Shown piece after piece: positions 59,701 through 64,000 of a DNA stretch of 64,000 nt. The notes beneath the pieces were generated by a model. That model did not search any database, was not told the origin of the DNA, and was given only the letters and a program-made list of their open reading frames with translations. The position numbers were made by a program, and so were the translations under genes. Source of the stretch: Chiloscyllium plagiosum (taxonomy: Eukaryota); the NCBI RefSeq assembly GCF_004010195.1, contig NC_057749.1:9894728-9958727 (forward strand), given 5' to 3'. How positions within the stretch are numbered: the first letter of the stretch is position 1; each line of letters opens with the position of its first letter.

Positions 59701-62626
59701 TGCAGGTCAGGTGAATTGGCCATTCTAAATTGTCCGTAGTGTTAGGTGAAGGGGTAAATGTAGGAGAATGGGTCTGGGTGGGTTGCTTCTTGGAGGTCGG
59801 TGTGGACTTGTTGGGTTGAAGGGCCTGTTTCCACACTGTAGAGTATCTATCTATCTACCTAAACATATCTAACTCCTCCTCAAAAACATTCAATGTTTTG
59901 ACCTCAGCTGCTTTCTGCGGCAGAGAATTCCACAGGGTCACCCCCCTCTGGTGAAAAAAGTTCTCCACCTCTCAGTCCTGAATCCCCTGTATCTTTAAAA
60001 CTGTGACTCATGGTTCTGAACTCCCTGGTAATAGGGAACATCCTTCCTGTCTCATCCCTGTTGCACAAAGAATTAAGAACCTAGGCGAGAGAAGGAAAAG
60101 ACAGCCAAGGTTTGTGGTCAGGATGTATGTCCTAGATCTCTCTCAGAAGTTGTGATCATAATTGACCATGGACCTAAAGTTCCAAGAGCCTCCCATTAAA
60201 CAGCATCTATGTTCCCCAGGCAAATGGCTACTTGCGCAATGCTCTTTTGTCTGTGCACTGTATGAGGGTATAACTGGATGCCTCCCAAGCAACTGTGAAA
60301 GGAAATCATTTGATTTTAAATTTAATGCTCCTCTGTGCTACTTGCTCTGCTATATTTACTTGTTAGCTGTTAAGATATCAATATGGAAACAGTGCTTAAG
60401 TTTCAATGTGCTCCAGGCGCCTCCTGACTTCAAGGACTAAGAAAGTGTGACTCATCCAGGCTTTTGATTTATCAAGTTGCCATTTCTGGGATGGGAAAGA
60501 GATTCCATTTGCCTTCCCTGTTATTGTCTGCGCAATCTGCACATCATAAATAAAAGGGAAGACATAGATGTTTGTTCTGTTTTTAATTATCCACCTGATA
60601 ATAATATGCCCTGTTGTTTCGACGTGTTATTAATGCCTCAAAACCTGTGTACTATTGAGCCTTCCCTCTTTGTCTGAGATTGGGTGATACAAGATGTTGA
60701 AGCATAACTCGTGAGAAATCAGAGTTCATATGCTGGTGACTAAGATCTCGCTTGTCATTGAGATAATTGACAATTATCCTTGAGATAATTGAAGGAGAAA
60801 TGGATTCCGGACAGGATGTAGCATTTCGAAGGCTAAGAGGCAAGTTAATTGAAATGTATCAGATCCTGATATGCCTAGAGAAGGTCAATGTTGAGAGGAT
60901 GGTTCCTCTTGTGGGAAACTGTAGAGGGACAGGTCACTGTTTAAAAATAAGAGGCCACCCATTTAAGACCGAGATGAGGCAAAAATTGTTTTCTTGTAGA
61001 GGGTAGAGAATCAGGGTGTTGTTCCTCAAACGCTGATGGAAGCAGAGTTTTTGAATGTTGTTAGTCATGTGAAGGTGCTGGTGTTGAACTGGGGTGGACA
61101 AGGTCAGATATCACACAACACCAGGCTATAGTCCAAAAGGTTTATTTGAAATTACAAGCTTTCACAAGTGCTTCACCTGATGGAGAAGTACCACTCCAAA
61201 TGTTCATGATTTCAAATAAACCTGTTGGACTATGACCTGCTGTCATGTGACTTCTAACAGTGAAGAAATGTTGATCTATTTCCAAGTCAGGGTGTTGAGT
61301 CGCCTTAAGGGGAGCCTGCAAATGGTGGTGTTCCTATGTATCTGCTGCCCTCGTCCTTCTAGATCGATGTGGTCATAAGTTTGGAAGGTGCCTCCAGAGA
61401 TCATTGCTTTCTCAATAAGCTAGGAGTTTGAAAGGTTATTATAGGTAGATGGGAATGTAGACTAATCCAATCAGCCATGATCTTATTGAATGGTGGAACA
61501 GGATTGAGGGGCTGACTGGCCTGTTATGTTAACATCTCTGTTCCGATATTCTGGGCCAAAGTGAGCCCTCCCCCAGCTCCTAACTGGCCTAATTCAGGTT
61601 CACTAAATAGATAAACTGTTCTGTTGTGCTGTTGCCATGTGTTAACAACATGTCCAATCCCAGTGACTGCAGGAATTAAACCTTTCGCATTCCATTTATT
61701 ATGTCCTTATGGGGTGGTAGTATATCTGTCACTGGGCTAGAAATCTGTGGCCTTGAACTAATGATATTGTAAGTTCAAATTGCAAAATGGAAGCTGATGA
61801 ACTTATGTTCAGTTAATTAAATAAAGCTGGAAGAAGCAGCTGCTTTCAGCAATAGTGACCATAAAATGAATGGCTTTTCTTTTAAAAGAAAAATCCTTTA
61901 GTGAAGGAAATCTACTAGCCCTTATGACTCTCAGTGATGTGGATTATTAGAAGTACTTTCTAAGGTGGTCAAGCAAGCCACACAGTTGTGTTCAAGAAAG
62001 CCACTTACCCCCACCTCATTGAGGACACAAAAGGGATAGGTAGTAAATGCTGGCTTTGCCAGTAGTGCACACATTCCTGTGATTGAACAAAAAAAAGTAA
62101 CTGAGTTGAGTCTTTTTTTAAAAAAAAGAAAGGTTGTAAAATGACAAAGATCAGTAAATTCTGATGGTGCTTACCTCGAATTCCTCTGCCTGATGTTCAA
62201 GTAGCAAGAGAGGAATTTCAGACTGATTCATCAGAAACTTGTATTTTATTTTCGAAGAAAGTTACAGGGTACTAAAATGATTGGAAAAACAATGAAATGG
62301 GTATTGAAAGAGAGAGGGGTGAAATTGTTAGATTTTTACTTTGGCAAGAATCTTTAGAGTTACAGAACATACAGATTATGTTTAAGGCATAAACCATCCA
62401 TGATTGAATTGAATGACAGAACAGGTCTCAGGGACTGCTTAGGCCCCTTCTGCTCCACATTTCTTCCATCCTTTTGCAGAGATAATACTACTTTACAATG
62501 AGTTCTATAGCCTTGACCTTCAGAACCCTGTGCTTCAGGTTTAGTACTGAAAGTGCTCAAAAGTAAATAAATATTGTATCTTTTTACAGGAATAGAAGAG
62601 AAATCAATTCCAAGAAATTTTTCTGA
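2670..62626 (+). CDS. LMAN1L: ERGIC-53/LMAN1-family L-type lectin cargo receptor, probably the LMAN1-like paralogue; 5'-partial, 10 coding exons, 346 aa in window
   Basis: Ten AG/GT(GC)-bounded exons with compatible phases total 1041 nt and translate without stops. They give the lectin C-terminal half ([43 protein letters not shown]), a coiled-coil stalk, C-x8-C, a TM helix and KKFF*. Exon phases match the human LMAN1 exon 4-13 layout as recalled. LMAN1L versus LMAN1 assignment is inference. Confidence 0.9.
3000..3155 (+). mobile_element. HER1/CR1 3' tail fragment
   Basis: acatttaaaagg..aataggaaaggtttgagggatat..gaagggtctgtttcc tail consensus. Confidence 0.75.
3463..3590 (-). mobile_element. 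HER1/CR1 3' tail fragment
   Basis: reverse complement of the same tail. Confidence 0.75.
4021..4120 (+). CDS. LMAN1L: ERGIC-53-like coding exon (exon 5 equivalent): [33 protein letters not shown]
   Basis: ttacag| acceptor, |gtaagt donor, 100 nt, phase 2 to 0. Confidence 0.94.
4293..4616 (+). mobile_element. HE1-type SINE
   Basis: tRNA head, V-domain and tail. Confidence 0.9.
4941..5250 (+). mobile_element. HE1-type SINE
   Basis: full length; (taatc)n tail ends 76 bp upstream of exon 5327. Confidence 0.9.
5327..5450 (+). CDS. LMAN1L: ERGIC-53-like coding exon (exon 6 equivalent): [41 protein letters not shown]
   Basis: ctgcag| acceptor, |gtgagt donor, 124 nt, phase 0 to 1; L-type lectin [10 protein letters not shown] motif. 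Confidence 0.95.
6020..6490 (+). mobile_element. fragments of a second shark SINE family and a small palindromic repeat
   Basis: ggaaatc.gcc.tcctta.ctggtctggcctacatg.gactcc core and gggcaattagggatgggcaataaatgctggcc tail, repeated elsewhere in window. Confidence 0.65.
6506..6765 (+). mobile_element. HE1-type SINE, degenerate
   Basis: head and partial V-domain. Confidence 0.8.
7435..7472 (+). ncRNA. minimal hammerhead ribozyme motif (intact core)
   Basis: gauuc-CUGAAGA-A-GGGC-cugu-GCCC-GAAAC-GUC-gaauc; perfect 5-bp stem I and 4-bp stem II. Confidence 0.8.
7536..7558. other. assembly gap (23 N)
   Basis: run of n. Confidence 1.
7843..8372 (+). mobile_element. HER1/CR1 LINE 3' fragment (RT C-terminal region)
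   Basis: ORF 7870-8406 [36 protein letters not shown]. Confidence 0.9.
8633..8812. mobile_element. palindromic PLE-derived miniature element, decayed
   Basis: gcatctgtggagagaaagcag...ctgctttttctccacagatg inverted arms. Confidence 0.65.
8963..9109 (+). mobile_element. short PLE terminal unit carrying a hammerhead
   Basis: 10-bp TSD ctgttcacct at 8953-8962 and 9110-9119. Confidence 0.8.
8981..9018 (+). ncRNA. minimal hammerhead ribozyme motif (intact core)
   Basis: gaauc-CUGAUGA-A-GGGC-uuau-GCCC-GAAAC-GUC-aauuc. Confidence 0.78.
9461..9526. repeat. perfect 33-bp tandem duplication
   Basis: ccaaccccttggaccacgcttttgatcgcgtgt x2. Confidence 0.95.
9554..10120 (+). mobile_element. probable solo LTR inserted in a minus-strand CR1 tail
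   Basis: termini cgttat...gtaaca (TG..CA-type inverted ends), internal AATAAA near 9989; splits aagaccataagaaat / ggagaagtaggccattcg. Confidence 0.6.
10121..10470 (-). mobile_element. CR1-clade LINE 3' fragment
   Basis: ORF 10192-10458 [29 protein letters not shown]. Confidence 0.8.
10790..11500 (+). mobile_element. CR1 fragments with a nested HE1 SINE (11107-11405)
   Basis: CR1 tail gggatcaaag / gatatgggagaaagcag is split by an HE1 copy. Confidence 0.75.
11524..11579 (+). CDS. LMAN1L: ERGIC-53-like coding exon (exon 7 equivalent): (D)[18 protein letters not shown]
   Basis: ctcttgcag| acceptor, |gtggga donor, 56 nt, phase 1 to 0; [11 protein letters not shown] hallmark. Confidence 0.92.
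12113..12428 (+). mobile_element. HE1-type SINE, 5'-truncated
   Basis: B box, V-domain and tail. Confidence 0.85.
12606..12732 (+). CDS. LMAN1L: ERGIC-53-like coding exon (exon 8 equivalent): [42 protein letters not shown]
   Basis: atccag| acceptor, |gtaatc donor, 127 nt, phase 0 to 1; charged coiled coil like LMAN1 YQEEFEHFQQELDKKKEEFQKGHPD. Confidence 0.93.
12976..13894 (+). mobile_element. CR1 LINE fragment (RT domain 12976-13392, tail 13797-13894) nested in an HE1 tail
   Basis: [58 protein letters not shown]. Confidence 0.88.
13895..14195 (-). mobile_element. HE1-type SINE (its tail microsatellite is displaced to 12962-12975)
   Basis: full head and V-domain; 14-bp TSD aaatatatccatct at 12944-12957 and 14196-14209. 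Confidence 0.92.
15156..15352 (+). CDS. LMAN1L: ERGIC-53-like coding exon (exon 9 equivalent): (D)[34 protein letters not shown]...GGHPEQ
   Basis: ttttag| acceptor, CAG|gcaagt GC donor, 197 nt, phase 1 to 0 as required by the next exon. Confidence 0.88.
15945..17480 (-). mobile_element. CR1/HER1 LINE, about 1.5 kb RT-containing fragment
   Basis: ORF 16463-16879 [31 protein letters not shown] 16188-16397 [10 protein letters not shown]. Confidence 0.92.
20101..20230. repeat. degenerate minisatellite, about 35-bp unit, 3-4 copies
   Basis: recurring ttaaaggg(a/g)c(a/g)ttgc...tgg. Confidence 0.55.
20311..20532 (-). mobile_element. HE1-type SINE, internally deleted
   Basis: reverse-complement V-domain and head. 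Confidence 0.8.
21240..21316 (+). CDS. LMAN1L: ERGIC-53-like coding exon (exon 10 equivalent): [25 protein letters not shown](S)
   Basis: tttgtttgatag| acceptor, AG|gtagct donor, 77 nt, phase 0 to 2; bridges the flanking exon phases; amphipathic helix. Confidence 0.85.
21615..21793. mobile_element. palindromic PLE-derived miniature element
   Basis: agaaattactggaaaagc...gcttttccagtaatttct inverted arms. Confidence 0.75.
21692..21731 (+). ncRNA. minimal hammerhead ribozyme motif
   Basis: gaguu-CUGAGGA-A-gGGUC-acuc-GACCa-GAAAC-GUU-aacuu. Confidence 0.68.
21990..22212 (-). mobile_element. third tRNA-headed SINE family
   Basis: related copies at 27448-27630, 52330-52525 and a head at 63832-63870; A/B-box-like head on the minus strand. 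Confidence 0.7.
22702..22980 (-). mobile_element. HE1-type SINE
   Basis: reverse-complement head, V-domain and tail. Confidence 0.85.
23495..23680 (+). mobile_element. HER1/CR1 3' tail
   Basis: [27 protein letters not shown]. Confidence 0.8.
24487..25032 (-). mobile_element. HE1-type SINE split by a palindromic PLE-derived element (about 24580-24768)
   Basis: HE1 tail and body separated by an inverted-arm insert bounded by ctatcc repeats. Confidence 0.8.
25367..26168 (+). mobile_element. Penelope-like (Neptune-type) element fragment, rearranged
   Basis: [46 protein letters not shown]; inverted [19 protein letters not shown] piece; 3'UTR; 10-bp TSD gccagagtac at 25357-25366 and 26169-26178. 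Confidence 0.88.
26076..26113 (+). ncRNA. minimal hammerhead ribozyme motif (intact core)
   Basis: cauuc-CUGAAGA-A-GGGC-uuau-GCCC-GAAAC-GUC-gauuc, on the PLE sense strand downstream of the ORF. Confidence 0.78.
26515..26785 (-). mobile_element. Rex1/Babar-like LINE 3' tail
   Basis: same family as 41562-42010 (tttattattgtcatg..ggtacagtgaa..gcagagaaggtgc). Confidence 0.65.
27448..27630 (-). mobile_element. third tRNA-headed SINE family copy
   Basis: similar to 21990-22212. Confidence 0.65.
29237..30880 (-). mobile_element. CR1 LINE fragment with a nested HE1 SINE (about 29957-30350, minus strand)
   Basis: ORFs [46 protein letters not shown]; the HE1 copy has an internal ~52-bp duplication. 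Confidence 0.9.
31259..31512 (+). mobile_element. HE1-type SINE
   Basis: head, partial V-domain and tail. Confidence 0.82.
32689..33015 (+). mobile_element. HE1-type SINE
   Basis: head, V-domain and tail. Confidence 0.87.
33875..34210 (-). mobile_element. second shark SINE family copy
   Basis: tctggagtcacatgtaggccagac core. Confidence 0.65.
35470..35895 (-). mobile_element. HER1/CR1 3' fragment
   Basis: [26 protein letters not shown] and tail. Confidence 0.85.
36335..36700 (+). mobile_element. second shark SINE family copy
   Basis: gggaggtgat..head, ggaatctgccactcttac core, caacaaatgcctggcc tail. Confidence 0.65.
36829..37131 (+). mobile_element. HE1-type SINE, young
   Basis: nearly identical to 1716-2034. 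Confidence 0.92.
37233..37380 (+). mobile_element. fourth tRNA-headed SINE family fragment
   Basis: gtggtgtagtggcaatgtccttacctctgagccag..gttcgagtcc; related heads near 20960, 38860 and 45800. Confidence 0.55.
38315..38660 (-). mobile_element. second shark SINE family, near full length
   Basis: reverse complement of head, core and tail. Confidence 0.72.
38712..39430. mobile_element. cluster of SINE fragments
   Basis: heads and tails of the second and fourth families. Confidence 0.6.
40125..40280 (-). mobile_element. PLE terminal fragment of another family, hammerhead decayed
   Basis: ccaggttatagtccaacagg arm, same family as 61074-61260; core reads CUGACAA..GAAAAC. Confidence 0.6.
41075..41545 (-). 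mobile_element. Penelope-like (Poseidon-type) element 3' fragment with GIY-YIG endonuclease
   Basis: ORF 41306-41578 [28 protein letters not shown]. Confidence 0.88.
41114..41153 (-). ncRNA. minimal hammerhead ribozyme motif (distinct family)
   Basis: cca-CUGAUGA-U-GUUACCU-agcc-AGGUAAU-GAAAC-GUC-ugg; 7-bp stem II; on the PLE sense strand 3' of the ORF. Confidence 0.8.
41562..42010 (-). mobile_element. Rex1/Babar-like LINE 3' fragment
   Basis: minus strand reads [47 protein letters not shown]. Confidence 0.78.
42156..42247 (-). mobile_element. 92-bp PLE terminal unit consisting largely of a hammerhead
   Basis: 10-bp TSD atccatgtgt at 42146-42155 and 42248-42257. Confidence 0.85.
42213..42250 (-). 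ncRNA. minimal hammerhead ribozyme motif (intact core)
   Basis: gauuc-CUGAAGA-A-GGGC-uuau-GCCC-GAAAC-GUC-gauuc. Confidence 0.78.
42755..42945 (-). mobile_element. HER1/CR1 3' tail
   Basis: ggaaacagacccttcagtccaactc..tttggcccatatccctctaaacc. Confidence 0.78.
44640..45081 (-). mobile_element. probable non-autonomous LINE-derived element
   Basis: minus strand starts aagatggcag and ends aataaaaaaa; tail resembles 63878-64000. Confidence 0.45.
46725..46925 (+). mobile_element. HER1/CR1 3' tail
   Basis: [42 protein letters not shown]. Confidence 0.85.
47040..47530 (+). mobile_element. HE1-type SINE interrupted by a minus-strand CR1 tail (about 47229-47470)
   Basis: head and V-domain, CR1 insert, then resumed HE1 tail. 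Confidence 0.75.
49980..50755. mobile_element. two CR1 3' fragments, tail to tail (+ 49980-50240, - 50243-50755)
   Basis: CR1 tail consensus on both strands. Confidence 0.78.
51243..51995 (+). mobile_element. CR1/HER1 3' fragment
   Basis: [31 protein letters not shown]. Confidence 0.88.
52568..52712 (+). CDS. LMAN1L: ERGIC-53-like coding exon (exon 11 equivalent): [48 protein letters not shown]
   Basis: ttttccag| acceptor, |gtatga donor, 145 nt, phase 2 to 0; resembles LMAN1 HFIDIKEHLHIVKRDIDNL. Confidence 0.9.
53270..54000 (-). mobile_element. CR1 LINE endonuclease-region fragment, decayed
   Basis: [15 protein letters not shown] motif in ORF 53411-53629. Confidence 0.65.
54323..54512 (-). 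mobile_element. 190-bp PLE-derived unit with inverted arms and a hammerhead
   Basis: 10-bp TSD tccatattaa at 54313-54322 and 54513-54522; gctgaaaatgtgttgctggaaaag / cttttccagcaacacattttcagc inverted repeat. Confidence 0.85.
54381..54418 (-). ncRNA. minimal hammerhead ribozyme motif (intact core)
   Basis: cauuc-CUGAAGA-A-GGGC-uuau-GCCC-GAAAC-GUC-gauuc. Confidence 0.78.
56575..56725. repeat. (CT)n / (CTCTGTGC)n compound microsatellite
   Basis: direct reading; explains the low-complexity ORFs at 56436-56933. Confidence 0.95.
56773..57092 (+). mobile_element. HE1-type SINE
   Basis: head, V-domain and tail. Confidence 0.85.
57991..58106 (+). CDS. LMAN1L: ERGIC-53-like coding exon (exon 12 equivalent): [38 protein letters not shown](R), oligomerisation cysteines plus TM helix
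   Basis: tttcacag| acceptor, |gtaatt donor, 116 nt, phase 0 to 2; C-x8-C followed by a hydrophobic helix. Confidence 0.94.
58147..58225. repeat. (TA)n/(TG)n microsatellite
   Basis: direct reading, 40 bp after the TM exon donor. Confidence 0.95.
58365..58605 (-). mobile_element. HER1/CR1 3' tail
   Basis: tail consensus reverse complement. Confidence 0.82.
59222..59856 (+). mobile_element. two tandem HE1-type SINEs (59222-59531, 59538-59856) nested in a minus-strand CR1 tail
   Basis: two heads and V-domains; CR1 sequence at 59095-59220 resumes at about 59857. Confidence 0.88.
60805..61530 (+). mobile_element. CR1 fragment interrupted by a palindromic PLE-derived element (61074-61260) and other fragments
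   Basis: [31 protein letters not shown]; tatagtcc..ggtttatttgaaat / atttcaaataaacc..ggactat inverted arms. Confidence 0.75.
62590..62626 (+). CDS. LMAN1L: ERGIC-53-like terminal coding exon: (R)[11 protein letters not shown]
   Basis: tttttacag| acceptor, phase 2, C-terminal KKFF then TGA. Confidence 0.94.
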
Positions 62627-62684
62627 GGGGTTGCACTGGAATCATGAAAATTGTGGGTCGAGATGTTTTTGAAAGGTGTTTATT

Positions 62685-62690
62685 AATAAA
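62685..62690 (+). terminator. candidate proximal polyadenylation signal AATAAA
   Basis: AATAAA 59 nt after the stop codon. Confidence 0.4.
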
Positions 62691-63073
62691 TTTCTAAAGT
62701 AATTGCGTGCTGTAAGGCTGCCTTATTAGATGGTCTTTACATGACATTCTAAGTCGGGCACATCAAATGGTCAGTAGCTGTGACTACTATCATCATATAT
62801 TACTTTCATAGTGAATATTTTTTTAAAAAATAATCTAATTTGAAAGTTGACATTTACATGAAATTACACTGGAACATATTTTCTATTCTAACATAATTCT
62901 AATGTAACAATTGTTCAGATTTATACAAAATTTATTCAGTGTTTATATACTAAAACAGTGTTTGTTCAACTGCTCCTTTTTGCATTAACTGAAGTGATGA
63001 TCTCAACAAATGTCCTAATTTATTTCAATCGATTTTTTAAACAAATGGTATGTTGTAACAACTTGTACAATGA

Positions 63074-63079
63074 AATAAA
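63074..63079 (+). terminator. candidate distal polyadenylation signal AATAAA
   Basis: AATAAA preceded by TGTA elements and followed by a T/GT-rich tract; ends the AT-rich repeat-free 3'UTR-like segment. Confidence 0.5.
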
Positions 63080-63159
63080 TGTCATAAGCAGTCTTTACTT
63101 GGAGTTACTTTTACTTCTATTTGGGATTAAGGGAAAAGATATAAAAGTGACCTAAAGGT

Positions 63160-63568
63160 GTCAGAGGTTGACCTTATCGAAGTTTATAAAATCATAAGAC
63201 CATAAGATATATCATGACGGGCATGGATAGGGTAAATAGACAAGGTCTTTTCCTCAGGTAAGGGGAGCCCAAAACTTGAGGTGAGAGTGGAAAGATAAAA
63301 GGGACTGAAGGGGCAACTATTTTGTATTGAGGATGGTGCGTGTATGGAATGAGCTGGCAGAGGAGGTGGTACAATGACAACGTTTAAAAGGTATCTGGAA
63401 TGGTATATGTATAGGAAGGGTTTAGAGGGATATGGGCCAAGTGCTGGCAAATGGGACTAGATTAGTTTAGTGTTTCCAAGTGCTGGCAAATGGGACTAGA
63501 TTAGTTTAGTGTTTCTGGATGTTTTGGACCAAAGGTCTGTTTCTGTGCTGTACAGCTCTGTGATTATG
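63160..63568 (+). mobile_element. HER1/CR1 3' fragment with a 39-bp tandem duplication (63437-63514)
   Basis: DLIEVYKI motif; ccaagtgctggcaaatgggactagattagtttagtgttt x2. Confidence 0.85.
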
Positions 63569-64000
63569 AAGGATTTTAAATCCTAAAGCTGACTTACTAA
63601 TGCTTGCTGCTATCTCTGTGAACTAAGTCACTCGGGAACTATTTTTATGACGTCAATACTATCCTGCTCAGCGCTGAAGAGGGTAATTGTTTCCTTTTAA
63701 GAGCCAAGGCCTAAACTGATGACTGGCAAAAGACTGCAAGCATAGAACAAAATCTCCCTAAATATTGCAGTAAATGATGACGTCAAAGAAACTCAGCCAT
63801 CTTAAAAAGAAGCAAGGTTTCAAAGAAATTCAGGGGTCAGTTAAGCTCAATTGGCTGGACAGCTGGTTTGAATTGAATGATTTATTGTCACATATATTTT
63901 GATGGTGGGAAAAACAGTAAAAGCGAAAATCTTTTCCAATGTCGCCATGATCTGGTGCCATTTTGAGTAATTTAAGGAAAAGAAAAAATCGATGTTAAAG

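Noticed and set aside
61165..61210. Hammerhead in the 61074-61260 palindrome (also near 40180-40210 and 8690-8720)
   Set aside because: Core nucleotides mutated (CUGAUGG, CUGACAA, missing G12); counted only as remnants

Overview
Eukaryotic vertebrate DNA, almost certainly a shark or other elasmobranch, because it is dense in HE1-type tRNA-derived V-SINEs and HER1/CR1 LINE fragments. The window holds the 3' ten coding exons of one + strand gene encoding an ERGIC-53/LMAN1-family cargo-receptor lectin. The exons (2670-2731, 4021-4120, 5327-5450, 11524-11579, 12606-12732, 15156-15352, 21240-21316, 52568-52712, 57991-58106, 62590-62626) splice in frame into 346 aa ending ...NSKKFF*. The sequence looks more like the LMAN1L paralogue than LMAN1, one intron uses a GC donor, and one intron is about 31 kb. 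The 5' exons lie outside the window. The remainder is intronic repeat: HE1 and three other tRNA-headed SINE families, CR1/HER1, Rex1-like and L2-like LINE pieces, two probable solo LTRs, and many Penelope-like element (PLE) fragments. The most notable signal is at least nine minimal type-I hammerhead ribozyme motifs (CUGANGA...stem II...GAAAC-GUH) carried by several distinct PLE-derived families. Several sit in tiny 90-190 bp units flanked by 10-bp target-site duplications, and five lie on the pre-mRNA strand. Nearly all ORFs in the supplied track are repeat-derived or spurious. Repeat boundaries are approximate by eye; no database search was run.
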